Shown: positions 1 to 10,667, counted from the stretch's first letter. The stretch is 64,000 bases of DNA from Roseibacillus sp. (GCA_965242925.1 CBDEUM010000030.1:128001-192000), one strand, 5' to 3'. The notes: generated by a model from the letters alone, not told the origin. Numbers and translations are program-made.

Positions 1-65
1 TCCGGCTGTCAATGATCACAGCACCTGAATGACCGGACCTTCCGGCTCCATCACGGCAGGATTTC

Positions 66-1463
66 CTACCCGGAGTAGGAGGATTCCACCCGCTGGGCGA
101 CGTCCCGGTAACCGTAGTCCACCTCGTAAATCTGCTTGAAGCAGTTGAGAGCCTCGTCCTTGCTCTCCACCTTCTCATGAATGAGACCGAGTTCATAGAG
201 AACCTCCTTCTTGGTCTTGTCCATCACCGTCAATTCAGCATTGGCATCCGCAAGCTGCTTGATGGCCATGTCACTCATCCCCTTGGCGTCAAAGGTGCGC
301 CCCAGGAGCAGGAGCACCCTGGTCCGAATATGCGGGTTCCGGGTGGCCTGCTGAAGGTGCGGAATGGCATCGCTGTATTCCCCGGCATGATAGAGCGCCT
401 GACCGAGGTCGTAGCGAAGCTGGGGATCCGTCGGGTTCTGTTCCACCCGCTTCCGGCGCTCCTTCACCTGAGCGACCGCCCTCGTCTGTTGAAACTCTTC
501 CAGGGCGGCATGAGCTTCCTCGTCGTCAGGGTTCTCCGACACCCGGGCCTCAAGACTTCTGATCTCCTCATCCCCGGCACGGTCCTTCATGTTGTTGGCC
601 TTCATCTTGAGGGCCGCATCTCCGGCTGAGAGGGTGTAGGCCCACTCATACATCTGTTGCGCCATCGCCCAGTCTTCCATCTGCTCGTAAATGGCAGACA
701 ACTCCTTGGCCACATCGAAATCGTTAACATCCTCGTTGTACTTGAGGACGAGCTGGTCCCGTTTCTCCTCAAGTTGATCCTGGGTCATGGCAGACCGGGA
801 GGCCTTTTCAAGGGCGAGGGTTTCCTCATCATCCTTCTTCACAAGAGCCCCGGAAGAATCCTGACTGCGCGCCATGGAGGCCCTCGCGGTCATGTCCTTC
901 TCGCCCTTGACCGCATCGGTATCGGTCGGGTCCGCCTTGACGATGTCCTTGTAGACCCCGGCTGCCTCTTCCGGCATGTCACGATTCTCGTAAAACTGAG
1001 CAAGCTTGTGGAGGAGCTTGGTGTTGTCCGGCGTGGCCCTCCGGATGGTCTCCAGCGCGAAGGCTGCGGTATCAAGCATGTTGACGCTGAAGGCCACGTC
1101 GTGAAGCAACTCGTTGAGCGAAGCGTTGTAGGGATCCTTCGCTAGTTCTTTCTCAATCTCATCGATAACCCCCACTGGATCCTTCTTGGCCTTACCCTTC
1201 AATTTCCCGGCACCCCCTCCTCCAAAGAGTCCCTTCTTTTTGGGTGGACCGGCGATCTTCATCTCCGCCGCACGCAGTTTCTTGCGACCCTCGATGAATC
1301 CGGGCTCCGCCTTAAGCACGGAAATCAGCAACTTCACGGCATAGGCCAGGTTGTTCTGTTCAATGGCGGCATCCGCCTTGAGAACAAGATCACTCAGGTT
1401 CTTGGGAAGGCCTTCGACTCCGATTTCGGTGGGCCTTGCTTCTTCAATGGATTCTTCGACCAT
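66..1463 (-). CDS. Tetratricopeptide-repeat protein
   Basis: 465-aa ORF with repeated TPR-like helices (e.g. LRYDLGQALYHAGEYSDAIPHLQQA, VLYELGLIHEKV). Confidence 0.8.
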   Translation of the reverse strand: MVEESIEEARPTEIGVEGLPKNLSDLVLKADAAIEQNNLAYAVKLLISVLKAEPGFIEGRKKLRAAEMKIAGPPKKKGLFGGGGAGKLKGKAKKDPVGVIDEIEKELAKDPYNASLNELLHDVAFSVNMLDTAAFALETIRRATPDNTKLLHKLAQFYENRDMPEEAAGVYKDIVKADPTDTDAVKGEKDMTARASMARSQDSSGALVKKDDEETLALEKASRSAMTQDQLEEKRDQLVLKYNEDVNDFDVAKELSAIYEQMEDWAMAQQMYEWAYTLSAGDAALKMKANNMKDRAGDEEIRSLEARVSENPDDEEAHAALEEFQQTRAVAQVKERRKRVEQNPTDPQLRYDLGQALYHAGEYSDAIPHLQQATRNPHIRTRVLLLLGRTFDAKGMSDMAIKQLADANAELTVMDKTKKEVLYELGLIHEKVESKDEALNCFKQIYEVDYGYRDVAQRVESSYSG

Positions 1464-1587
1464 GACGGTGGGATTTTGCGTGCGGCGCTAATGAAGCGGC
1501 TTCCGCCCGACATGGCAAGCGCCCCGTTGGCACAGCGAAAATAGGCCCACTCAGTCGAACGCACCAGTGATTCTGTCCTGTTTCCTG

Positions 1588-4296
1588 CTAGCGGCCCTGC
1601 TTGTTGCGCATGGCGCGGTGGACCGGAGAAGTCATGAGCGAACCACGGGAGGCCTTGGAGGTTTCCTGCACCGGAATCGCCTGACCCGCACCCGCATTCG
1701 GGTTATCCGCCTGGTTGGACTGCAGGGCCCCTCGCGGGGGCAGGACTCCCTGTCCGACCGAGGCCCGGGCCCGGGGAGCAACATCACTTCCTGCATCGTA
1801 ATCCTGTTGGTAACGCTTCAGCTCCGTTTGGCTATTCAGGATGGAGGGATGAATGAGAATGACCAACTCCTCCCGCTGGATGTCCTTGCTGTTGACCCCC
1901 AGGAACTTGCCAAGGAAGGGGATGGAACTCAGGAAGGGCATTCCCGAGCCGGTCCGCGTATCCGACTCGGTGATGAGCCCGCCCAGCACGATGGTCGAAC
2001 GGTTGGGCACGGTCACCCGGGTCGAGATCTCGTCTGTGTCGATGTCGGGCACTTCCCCGAATCCCTGGATGGCACGGTTATCCCCGATATTGTCCCTTAC
2101 CAGGGAAATCTCGAGAGTGACCTCGTCTTCCGAGTTCACCAGCGGTCGCACTTCCAGTTCGAGCACGATATCGCGAAACTCCACGTTGGTGGAAAATCCT
2201 GTCTGCGTCCCCCCCTGAAAGGTGCTGGTGGGCACCGCAATCCGCGATCCGGAACTGATCCGCGCAACCCCGTTGTTGGTGGTGAAGATCGTAGGCCGCG
2301 AAATGGCCGTGAAGTTCCGGTTCGTCTCCAGCGCATTCACGAACACCCCGAAATTGTCTCCGATCACGGCATAGGCCGAAAGGCCGCCCGCGGCAGCACC
2401 TGGCGCTCCCAGCAGTGAATTGAAGTCGAGCAGGGTATTAGGATCGATCACGGAGGGCACGCCATTACGGTTCTGCACGGCCCCTCTGAAGTCAGTGTCA
2501 CCGGTAAGCAACCGGGCCAGGTCCACTCCGAAGCTCCGGTCCTTCCCGAGGTCGTAGCGGGCAAAGACCGCCGTGATGGCCACCTGTTCCGACGGTTGGT
2601 CCAGTTCATCCACGAGAGACTGCACGATCTCGATATGGTGCGGCGGGCCATTCACCACGATGCTGTTGGAAATGTTGTCACCCACCAGCAGGGTCTTGCC
2701 GATAAGGATCGACTCGGGTGCGGTCTGGATGTTCTGCTGGGCAAGCTGCGCGCGCGAACCACCGCCGGTTCCACCCGTTCCACCCGTTCCCAAGCTGGTG
2801 CGACCGGTTGTCCTCGAACCGGTAGTCCTGCCACTGCTCGTGCCGCTTGTCCGTCCGGTCACCCCCGTGGGGCTGCGACGAGCGCTTCCCCCTCCCCCGC
2901 TGGAGGTTTCCAGAGTGCGCTCCAGCGCATCGGCCGCCACCGGGATGAACTCAGTCACCGGCAGGTAGCGCAGCTTCTTACGCAGGAAGTTCCGCTTGGA
3001 ACTGGGCGCATCAAAATCTGCGATGAGGCCTTCCACGAAAATGATATCCACAGGGCGTCCCATCAGGAAGATGCGACTCGTCCGCGGCTGCGCAATAATA
3101 TTGATGGGGGTATCCTCCCCGGATGACGAGCCTCCTCCGGCGGCATTCGCCGCATTCGCCGCATTCGCCGCACCGGGGGTGTTTGGCAGCGGGGGCGCAG
3201 TCGGATTGCCGGTGTTGGCCGGCGTCGTGTTCCGTCGCACCCCGGCCGTGGCATTCGTCTGCCGCTGGTTGTTGAAGATCTCATTGAGACGAGTGGCCAG
3301 ATCCTCCACGTCAGCGAAGGTCACCTCCACGAACTTGGTTCCTACCTGCGCGGAGGGAACGTCGATCCGCTCCTTCAGTTCCACCAGCATGCGCACGAGC
3401 GGCAAATTGCCCGAGATCACCACCGATCCGGCATTTGGAATAGCCGCTACCGTCCCGGCTGAACCAAACTGCTGCACCACCGACTGGAAAGCGCGCAACG
3501 CGTCGTCAGGTTTGAGATACTGCAGGGCCATCACGTAGGTCACGAAGCCATCGGCAGAGACCTGTTTCTCCAGATCGTCAATGTCGTCACCCACCGGAGG
3601 GCCCAGGGGCTTTGGACCGCTGGTCTGGGAGTTGGCGAGAACCAGTTTCACAAAGCTCGGATCGTCATCGTCGGGAATGATCTCAAGGCCTTCCATCACA
3701 AGGCGTTTCTCAATCACCTTGGCGGCTTCGGCATAGGTCATCTGTCCCGGCACAATAAAGGAAACTTCCGCTGCGGAGGCTTCCTGGCTCACCAGAACCT
3801 TTCTGCCCGTGTAGGTATGGTACAGGTCCGCGATATCCTGTCCGTTAAGGTTGGCAGCATTTAACTGGGCTGGCAGATTTGGATCCGGGGCGTTGGGTGC
3901 CGCCACGGGAGCGCGCCCGGGAAGAGGATCCTGCGGTTCAGGGTTAGCAGGATTATCGCCAGGCACCGGGGGAACCAGTCCAGGAGGTGCAGGCACCGGA
4001 GCCGGGGCCGGCGGATCTACAGGGTTGGCAGGATTCTCCACAGGGGCCGCAGGGTTCTCCGCTGGCGCGGCAGGAGCCGGGGGCGCAGCAGGATTCTCCA
4101 CAGGGGCCGCAGGATTCTCCGCGGGCGCCGGAGGGGCCGGGGGCGCAGCAGGATTCTCCGCAGGGGCCGCAGGGTTCTCCGCGGGCGCGGCAGGGGCCGG
4201 GACGGGAGGTTTCCCAGGCGCGGGAGGTTTGTTTTCCTGGGCGGCCAAAGGCAGCGCGAGGGTGAGCAGGAAGCAGAATGCAGTCGTTGGTCTCAT
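1588..4296 (-). CDS. gspD: Type II secretion system secretin with Pro/Ala-rich N-terminal linker
   Basis: Signal peptide, N-domains, secretin motifs (RPTIFTTNNGVARISSG, VPNRSTIVLGGLI, PFLSSIPFLGKF, ELVILIHPSI); last gene of the pseudopilin operon. Confidence 0.92.
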   Translation of the reverse strand: MRPTTAFCFLLTLALPLAAQENKPPAPGKPPVPAPAAPAENPAAPAENPAAPPAPPAPAENPAAPVENPAAPPAPAAPAENPAAPVENPANPVDPPAPAPVPAPPGLVPPVPGDNPANPEPQDPLPGRAPVAAPNAPDPNLPAQLNAANLNGQDIADLYHTYTGRKVLVSQEASAAEVSFIVPGQMTYAEAAKVIEKRLVMEGLEIIPDDDDPSFVKLVLANSQTSGPKPLGPPVGDDIDDLEKQVSADGFVTYVMALQYLKPDDALRAFQSVVQQFGSAGTVAAIPNAGSVVISGNLPLVRMLVELKERIDVPSAQVGTKFVEVTFADVEDLATRLNEIFNNQRQTNATAGVRRNTTPANTGNPTAPPLPNTPGAANAANAANAAGGGSSSGEDTPINIIAQPRTSRIFLMGRPVDIIFVEGLIADFDAPSSKRNFLRKKLRYLPVTEFIPVAADALERTLETSSGGGGSARRSPTGVTGRTSGTSSGRTTGSRTTGRTSLGTGGTGGTGGGSRAQLAQQNIQTAPESILIGKTLLVGDNISNSIVVNGPPHHIEIVQSLVDELDQPSEQVAITAVFARYDLGKDRSFGVDLARLLTGDTDFRGAVQNRNGVPSVIDPNTLLDFNSLLGAPGAAAGGLSAYAVIGDNFGVFVNALETNRNFTAISRPTIFTTNNGVARISSGSRIAVPTSTFQGGTQTGFSTNVEFRDIVLELEVRPLVNSEDEVTLEISLVRDNIGDNRAIQGFGEVPDIDTDEISTRVTVPNRSTIVLGGLITESDTRTGSGMPFLSSIPFLGKFLGVNSKDIQREELVILIHPSILNSQTELKRYQQDYDAGSDVAPRARASVGQGVLPPRGALQSNQADNPNAGAGQAIPVQETSKASRGSLMTSPVHRAMRNKQGR
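4020..4200 (-). repeat. Imperfect 21-nt tandem repeats encoding P(A/V)ENPAA in the secretin linker
   Basis: Repeated gcagg(a/g)ttctcc(a/g)caggggcc units; protein PAENPAAPAENPAAP...PVENPAA. Confidence 0.8.
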
Positions 4297-4325
4297 TGAT
4301 CTGAAGTCGTAAGTTGATGGAACCT

Positions 4326-4928
4326 CTAGCGGCTGGGAGGATTTGGAATGCGGCGAACGCTTGGCTTGCGGGCGGAGGACGAAGGTTTCGATGATGGGCG
4401 GGACGGCGGGGTTGGACCGCGACTGCTCGAGGGACGTTGTCCCGGCCTCGTGGTCGGTTTCGTGGTCGGCTTTCTGCCTACGGGAGCCTTCGGAGTGGCC
4501 TTCTTGAGCACGATGAACTTCTTGTCATACTCCACCGTGCCGATCTTGCCGCTGCGATTCTTGATCTCGACCTTCGTATCCATGAACCCCTTGCCCCGAT
4601 CCACATTCACCACCTCGAAACCCTGATCGTTCTCTTCCTCGGGACGCAGGCGGATGCGCTTGTCACGCTCCTTCTTGTTGATCAGGACCACGAACCAGCC
4701 TCCTTTCACCTCGCAGGTTCCGGCCAGGGTGTAGTCATCAAGGGGATTGTCCTCTTCCGCCACCACCTCCGGCGGCGGTGGTGGCACGGTGAAGGCGGAC
4801 TTGGTCCACAGTTCACTGTAGCGGGCCAGCGGCGTCTTGGTGGGAACGTCGGAAAACGCCGGGAGCACTGCAACCGCAAACAGGGCGGCGGCGCAAGGGA
4901 CGGTCAGGATTTGAAGGGATCTCATCAT
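4326..4928 (-). CDS. Exported T2SS-associated protein (GspC/PilP-like position)
   Basis: Signal peptide, small beta-rich domain and basic low-complexity tail; lies directly upstream of gspD. Confidence 0.55.
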   Translation of the reverse strand: MMRSLQILTVPCAAALFAVAVLPAFSDVPTKTPLARYSELWTKSAFTVPPPPPEVVAEEDNPLDDYTLAGTCEVKGGWFVVLINKKERDKRIRLRPEEENDQGFEVVNVDRGKGFMDTKVEIKNRSGKIGTVEYDKKFIVLKKATPKAPVGRKPTTKPTTRPGQRPSSSRGPTPPSRPSSKPSSSARKPSVRRIPNPPSR

Positions 4929-4953
4929 GGCTTAAATCTGATTGGAGAGGGCT

Positions 4954-5511
4954 TCAGTTAATATTCACGGTTTCATCTCTTCCCTCGGGAACGAACCACT
5001 GCTCAAGCACCACCGCACAGTCGACCTGGGTATCATCATCCTTTTTAGGATTGATTCGCAGACTGGTGGCGGTCCGCAGGTCCGAGGGAGAATTCAGGCG
5101 GTCGATCCACTGGAAAAGAACCTGCTCCCGTCCGCTCACTTCAATTTCCACCCGGGCACGGGAAAATTCGAGCTTCCCGCCCTCGATCCCGGTCATGGGT
5201 TTGACCCTCTTCACGGTCAGCCCCCGCCGCTTTGCCTCCCGGTTGGCCAACGCCTCCAGGTCTGCAAGGGCCTTCTGCGAGCTCTTGATCTGCTTCTGCT
5301 CATTGCGTTCAAGCCACTCGATCTCGGCCCGCTTGGACTCCTGGGCAATCAGGTCGTCCATGGCCTCGCCTTTCATTCCCTCAAAATCCTTTTTCTGCTT
5401 CACCGCTTCCTCTTTCCTGGGCGCGTACCACACGTTGTAGGCTCCGATGTTCAGAACCACGAACACGAGGATTCCCACGAGGATAATCAGTTTTTTTTCT
5501 CGATCGCTCAT
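4954..5511 (-). CDS. T2SS inner-membrane platform protein, GspM/PilO-like
   Basis: MSDREKKLI start followed by a TM helix and coiled coil; operon position after the GspL-like gene. Confidence 0.7.
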   Translation of the reverse strand: MSDREKKLIILVGILVFVVLNIGAYNVWYAPRKEEAVKQKKDFEGMKGEAMDDLIAQESKRAEIEWLERNEQKQIKSSQKALADLEALANREAKRRGLTVKRVKPMTGIEGGKLEFSRARVEIEVSGREQVLFQWIDRLNSPSDLRTATSLRINPKKDDDTQVDCAVVLEQWFVPEGRDETVNIN

Positions 5512-5513
5512 CC

Positions 5514-6824
5514 TTACTGTTCCTCCGGCCCCCTGAGTCTTGCTTCATACTGAAAGGACCACTTGTCTCCCTTGGCCTGGGGCGGCGGCGTGGTCCACTG
5601 GTAGTCGTTCAGTCCCCTCTCCCCCTTGAGGGCCTCGTCAAAGGCCGTGGCCTGCCCCAGTTCATCGGACTTGCCCTGGAGTCGGATGCTCCGAATAAGG
5701 GTCAACTCGCCTTCGGAGTCTACCTGGAGCTGGTTGGTAATATCAGCGCGGTCAAGGCGCACCCCTTCTTCGCCCCCCCGGGCCCTCATGCAATGATAGA
5801 GCAGTTCCACCGTGTTGTGATCCTGTTCCACCACCGGTTGGAGCTCTCTCCACTTCTGCTCATGCCGCTTCCCGTCTTCGTAGATGTCTTCAAACGGGGT
5901 GTATTCCACAAGAGCCTTGTCTGCATTCTTCCTGGCCTTCGCAAGGCTGCTCCACAGGCCTCCTAGCACCCCCAGATAGACGACTACCGCCGCAGCCGAG
6001 GCAATCACGATCTGCTGCTTCTTGCGCCTGGCCACGCGCTCTGCGCGCACATCTGCCGGCAGTAACTGGGTGGACCGGGCCGGAATGACCGGGGCCGGCT
6101 TGGCTGCTACCGTGGCCGGTCCACTGAGGCCGATACCCGCCCCCAGGGCTGCAAGTTCCTCTGCTCCGGGAGGCGCTTCCTCATCGCCGACCCATACGAA
6201 ACAGTGCCGTGGCAGGGAATCGATCAACCCCTGCATTTCCAGCTGCATGAGCGTGAGGCGAATCTCCCGGCCCGCGTCTTCGCCAAGCTGGTTGGATGCA
6301 AGGGCCTCGAACTCCAGCGCCTGGCCTTCTTCGGACAGGGCGAAGACCCATCGGCCAAGCTCCCGCCAGACCACGAGCCCATCAGCAGGCAAGGGCAGGC
6401 ATCGGGCTGATATGTCGAAGTGTTGCGGCGAGCGCCGGGGCAGATGACCCTCCATGGGCGGAGCCAGTACCACCGGCACCACCAGGCTCTCCTCCCCCCG
6501 GGTTCCCACCTTGAACACGTCGCTCAACACCCCGGCGTCGATCCCCGGGCGCATCCCCATCCGCTCCAGGTGCATATCAGCCAGGTCACTGAGCAGGGCA
6601 TCATCCGAGGTGGGTGCTCGAAAGGGCAGGGCCGAAACGTCGCGCACAGGAAACGCCATGGTCAGTTCCCCGGAGGGGATGCCCCCCACGTCCAGGACGC
6701 GCGTGGTCCCCGAACGCAGGGCGAGATCGAGCCCGGCACCGTTCAGGCTCGTCCAAGCCTCCCACCCATCAGCTCCGGGCAGCAGGAGAACCTTCTCACC
6801 TTTCTTTTTTGCCTTTGGAATCAT
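5514..6824 (-). CDS. T2SS protein GspL-like (PilM/PilN-like)
   Basis: Cytoplasmic domain, LLP motif, basic patch and TM helix, periplasmic tail; operon context. Confidence 0.7.
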   Translation of the reverse strand: MIPKAKKKGEKVLLLPGADGWEAWTSLNGAGLDLALRSGTTRVLDVGGIPSGELTMAFPVRDVSALPFRAPTSDDALLSDLADMHLERMGMRPGIDAGVLSDVFKVGTRGEESLVVPVVLAPPMEGHLPRRSPQHFDISARCLPLPADGLVVWRELGRWVFALSEEGQALEFEALASNQLGEDAGREIRLTLMQLEMQGLIDSLPRHCFVWVGDEEAPPGAEELAALGAGIGLSGPATVAAKPAPVIPARSTQLLPADVRAERVARRKKQQIVIASAAAVVVYLGVLGGLWSSLAKARKNADKALVEYTPFEDIYEDGKRHEQKWRELQPVVEQDHNTVELLYHCMRARGGEEGVRLDRADITNQLQVDSEGELTLIRSIRLQGKSDELGQATAFDEALKGERGLNDYQWTTPPPQAKGDKWSFQYEARLRGPEEQ

Positions 6825-7828
6825 GGTACTTGCTCCACTTTACGCTCCAGGATGGACGGACGACCCGTCCGATTCCGTACGATCAGGGTGATCCGACGCT
6901 TGATCTGCGATCCGCCGAGGCCCGACCAGCCGGTTGATTCGATTCGAGTGGTCGGGTCGTTGGCCGTGAGGCGGGGCTCGACGATCATCCGTTGGATGTC
7001 CGGGACTCCTAGCAAATCGAGGACCTCTCCGCTATTATTAAAAGGCTGATCGTCTTCCGTGCCCCGGATCATGTCCGCCCCCAGCACCCGGTCCCGGATG
7101 GCTGAGGCCTCATCGATGGAGACTTCCGCCGCCCGGGCCAGTTTTTCCGGGTCCGCTTCGTTGACATCCAGTCCCCCGCTACTCCAGATCGTGAACCAGT
7201 TACGCCAGTTGGGATAAATTCGTTCCAGGTCCTCCATCCCCCGCACCAGCCTCATCTCATCCAGGGAGTAGAAGGGGCGATTATAAGGCCGGTTCAGAAA
7301 ACCCAGTCCCTCGTAATAGGGGAACTCTGCTCCATTAAGTTCCTCCAGTTCATTCTCGTCCACCCAGTCCACGAGGGCGTCCACCACTTCCTGGGCGAAC
7401 TCCTCCTCGATCCCCCATTCCACGAACATTTCACGCAGCAGGGCCTTGTCGGGATCGGCCCCGTCCCCACGGTTCATGAGCAGAGAGTTGATATTGAAGC
7501 GGGACCCCTCCGATTCGATGCTGGCCGAGAAGCCCACCTCCCCAGGGAAGCGTTGTTCCAGGAGGAGATAATCCGAGCGCTCCACCACCGGGTTGCAGGC
7601 CACCGAGATTCCCATCTCGGCCATCTGGGTCGCCCGGACTCCCTCCACCTGGCCGGAGACCAGGCGGTCCTCGTAATCCAGCAACTGGATCGCAGTGAAG
7701 ATATAGAGGGCCATCACACTGATAAGCCAGAACACTGCCACCATGGTACTGCCCCGCCTTCCCCGCACACGGAAGCGCACGGTCGTCCCGACCGTCATCC
7801 CTCCCTGCACTGGAACGTTTGCTTTCAT
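6821..7828 (-). CDS. gspK: Minor pseudopilin GspK
   Basis: RRG-STMVAVFW leader; EGSRFNIN, DALVDWVD, GAE, NRPFYSLDEMRLVRGM and LDVNEA motifs. Confidence 0.9.
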   Translation of the reverse strand: MKANVPVQGGMTVGTTVRFRVRGRRGSTMVAVFWLISVMALYIFTAIQLLDYEDRLVSGQVEGVRATQMAEMGISVACNPVVERSDYLLLEQRFPGEVGFSASIESEGSRFNINSLLMNRGDGADPDKALLREMFVEWGIEEEFAQEVVDALVDWVDENELEELNGAEFPYYEGLGFLNRPYNRPFYSLDEMRLVRGMEDLERIYPNWRNWFTIWSSGGLDVNEADPEKLARAAEVSIDEASAIRDRVLGADMIRGTEDDQPFNNSGEVLDLLGVPDIQRMIVEPRLTANDPTTRIESTGWSGLGGSQIKRRITLIVRNRTGRPSILERKVEQVP

Positions 7829-8715
7829 CTTCCTGGGGCTCCCGGCCCTGGTGGGCCAGGGCGGCTACCGCCTCCGGGCGTAGGAGGTGCCGACCTCGTT
7901 CGTGAACTGCCACCACCCCCCCGGCGATCCCCTCCTCCGTCCCGTCCCCGGCCGCTATCGCGCCCGGAAGATCCCCGGCCGCCTGCCGCCTGGCGCTGCT
8001 GCGGGGCCGCCCGCCGCTGGGATCTCATGACCGTTTCCGGGTTCAACTTGGGCGGGAGCCAGAAATGATGAACGATCTCATCGGAGTTTTCATCGAACTT
8101 CACCCGCAATTCCATCTGAATCGGCAGGCGTCCCTGCACGTCCCAAGTCTCGGTATAACCCTGATCTTCGTCATTCACTGCCCGACCGTCCCGCGCCCAC
8201 CATTCGAACCAGAAGACGTCCCGCAGGAGAATGATCTCCGCCACAGGCTCGGCATTCACATTGGCGGTCGAGTCGCTGTCATCGAGGATGGCCTCCTCAT
8301 AATAACGCAGGACCACATCGAGATCTCCGCTACGCGTAGGAACGGTGGAAATCTGGACGGCCTCCGCCGAGAGGGCCTGGCCGGACCATGAAAAGGAAGT
8401 GGGAACGTTCTGAAAGGTGAGATCGCTCAGGAAATGCGAGCCTGCATCATTCCGGAGGAGTTCCATCTCCGCATTCCCCGGCAACTGGCTGAAGTTTCTG
8501 CCCAGGAAGGCAATGAGAGCCTCCTGGGTCATGTGCTGCCGCCCGTCGTCGGCCATCTCGTTTGACATCTCCAGGGCTCCGTCCACGATCCACATGATCG
8601 TAACCAGCAGAATCCCGGCAATGGCCAGGGCAAGGACCGCCTCCAGCAGGAGGATTCCCCGCCGGGAACGCCGGACACGCCGTCTCCCGTGGTTACTGTT
8701 GGTAAAGTCTCGCAT
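7825..8715 (-). CDS. Minor pseudopilin GspJ-like
   Basis: Class III signal RRG/ILLLEAVLALAIAG; start placed at ATG 8715; Gly/Arg-rich tail. Confidence 0.75.
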   Translation of the reverse strand: MRDFTNSNHGRRRVRRSRRGILLLEAVLALAIAGILLVTIMWIVDGALEMSNEMADDGRQHMTQEALIAFLGRNFSQLPGNAEMELLRNDAGSHFLSDLTFQNVPTSFSWSGQALSAEAVQISTVPTRSGDLDVVLRYYEEAILDDSDSTANVNAEPVAEIILLRDVFWFEWWARDGRAVNDEDQGYTETWDVQGRLPIQMELRVKFDENSDEIVHHFWLPPKLNPETVMRSQRRAAPQQRQAAGGRGSSGRDSGRGRDGGGDRRGGGGSSRTRSAPPTPGGGSRPGPPGPGAPGR

Positions 8716-9130
8716 AGCGCCAGGTTTCAGCGATTCGCTCATGCCACATGAGATCCTCATACCAGGTCCCGATGACCTGCACGTGGTACATCTGCTGCAT
8801 GAGCCGTCCCTTTTCCGTCGTCATCCGCTGTTCTTCCACCACGTCCTCCAGCGGACGGATAACGACCTGAATCTCCAACTCGTTTTTCTCCTCGAGGGGA
8901 TACGATTCCTCCAGTTCCTCGATCTCCGGCAAGCTGGCATACTTCATCAGTTCGCTGTGAAGGATACGCCCCATCTTGGCGTCCCTCCGCAACTCGCGCA
9001 GGATCTCCGCGATGTCATTGAGGGCTACCATGTAGGACACTCCCACCATCGAGAAGACCGTGAGGGCAATCATGACCTCCAGCAGGACGAATCCGCCGCG
9101 CCGACGCGCTCTGGTAACACCCTTCTTCAT
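8693..9130 (-). CDS. Minor pseudopilin GspI-like
   Basis: RRRGG/FVLLEVMIAL prepilin cleavage motif. Confidence 0.8.
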   Translation of the reverse strand: MKKGVTRARRRGGFVLLEVMIALTVFSMVGVSYMVALNDIAEILRELRRDAKMGRILHSELMKYASLPEIEELEESYPLEEKNELEIQVVIRPLEDVVEEQRMTTEKGRLMQQMYHVQVIGTWYEDLMWHERIAETWRYARLYQQ

Positions 9131-9723
9131 TGCATGATCACGGCCTCCTCCTCATCAATCCGTGCCGTCAGCGGGTTCATGTGCATGATGATGTAACTGT
9201 CTTCCCTTTCCACCCGGATCGAAACCGGCTCACACAACCCGGTACTTTGAAACTGCCAGATCACTGACTCTCCCTTCTCGGGCCGGATCCAGGCATCCTC
9301 CTTGGTCCCCCAGCGGCGAATTGTAACCACCGCTTCTCCCGCCTCCAGGGTGTCGTAGATCTCCTCGTTGCTCTCGCTGAATTCCCCGTCCTCCGTCAAT
9401 CCCGGGAGGGCATCCGGATCGACCAGATCCTGGCTTCGCACATCCGCCCCGGCAAGGACCACCTTGTCGTGCTCGATGCGGAGCCAGAACGGCTTCTGGT
9501 GCAGCACCGACATGGCGTGGCCGCGGGAAGACATCGCCTCGATCTTCACGCTGGCCTTGCGGAGCAGTTCCTTGTCCTGGGAGTTAAACTGGTAGGTCAG
9601 GCCAACGCTGATCACAATCAGAATCACGACCATTGCCAGAATGGTCTCCAGCAGAGTCATGCCTCTCCGCCGTCCAGAATGCCAGGCTCTACTATTCCGT
9701 ATCCTGACTGCTGAGGTCGTCAT
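9127..9723 (-). CDS. Minor pseudopilin GspH-like
   Basis: RRRG/MTLLETILAM prepilin motif. Confidence 0.8.
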   Translation of the reverse strand: MTTSAVRIRNSRAWHSGRRRGMTLLETILAMVVILIVISVGLTYQFNSQDKELLRKASVKIEAMSSRGHAMSVLHQKPFWLRIEHDKVVLAGADVRSQDLVDPDALPGLTEDGEFSESNEEIYDTLEAGEAVVTIRRWGTKEDAWIRPEKGESVIWQFQSTGLCEPVSIRVEREDSYIIMHMNPLTARIDEEEAVIMQ

Positions 9724-10144
9724 CGCTGCCGAGTTCGCCGTCCTTTCCTTTCGAGATCACTTCCGGATAGCTCCGGTCCTTGGAGCCGGGATACTTGTAG
9801 ACGAACTCCTGATCCCAGCCATCCTTCGGGAGCGTCTTGAAAGTCGGTTCCCAGCTCCGGGGCTCCGGGGCGGTCGTCGGCTTCTCGACGAGAGCCATCA
9901 CGCCCTGTGACTCCGAGGGATAGTTTCCCGCCCGGTGCCGGTACATCGTGAGGGCACTGTTGATCCGCTGCAGTTTGCTCTTGGTCTGGACCTCCCGTCC
10001 AAACCCGGTGAACCCACCACTCAGTCCGATCGCGGCCCCAAGAATCAAGCCAATGATCCCGAGGACGATAACCATCTCAAGGAGGGTGAATCCCTGCGCC
10101 CCCCGGACTTGGGCACTGTCACGACGTTCAAACTTCACTTTCAT
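9692..10144 (-). CDS. gspG: Major pseudopilin GspG
   Basis: G/FTLLEMVIVL motif; YPSESQGVMALVEKP, LPKDGWDQEFVYKYPG, SKGKDGELGSDDD C-terminus. Confidence 0.93.
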   Translation of the reverse strand: MKVKFERRDSAQVRGAQGFTLLEMVIVLGIIGLILGAAIGLSGGFTGFGREVQTKSKLQRINSALTMYRHRAGNYPSESQGVMALVEKPTTAPEPRSWEPTFKTLPKDGWDQEFVYKYPGSKDRSYPEVISKGKDGELGSDDDLSSQDTE

Positions 10145-10667
10145 TAAGTAGATACTTGTTTTGCTTGGTAAGTTACAGGGATGGTAGCGCCTTTCGACTG
10201 AAAAATTGTCCGCTGAAAACGGGAAATCACCGGAATTTCAAGCCACGAGAACCGCGCCCTCGGTCGTGTATGCGGAAAATGAACGGAATATCCGCAAATT
10301 CGCATGTTTTCTTTCCAGCATACCGCCCCCAACAAACCTCACCGCCATCGGTTATCGGGAACCTGGAAGCTGTCTACCCTCTCGGGTTTGAGACCGCCCT
10401 CACTTCCTTTGACGCAACCAGGCCGGGTGCTCGACCTTCACGGCCTCCCACCGCGGATTCCCGACCATGCTGCGCCACTCGTGAGGATGAATCATTTAAG
10501 CGTAAAGTTCCTCCGATCCGTCCCAACGCCGCACAAATCACCATCCTCTCCGGGAAAGCTCAGGAGCAGGGCTGGCTCGCGCCACACCGCCGTCGCCGAG
10601 CCAGATCGTGCCCCCCGATTTCAGAGTCGAAGTGAACAATTGGCCCCCATCCGACACTAAGTAGCTG

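Noticed and set aside
10145..10667. ORFs or a riboswitch in the gspG/EEP divergent intergenic region
   Set aside because: No protein-like composition and no recognisable RNA motif or sigma54 box.
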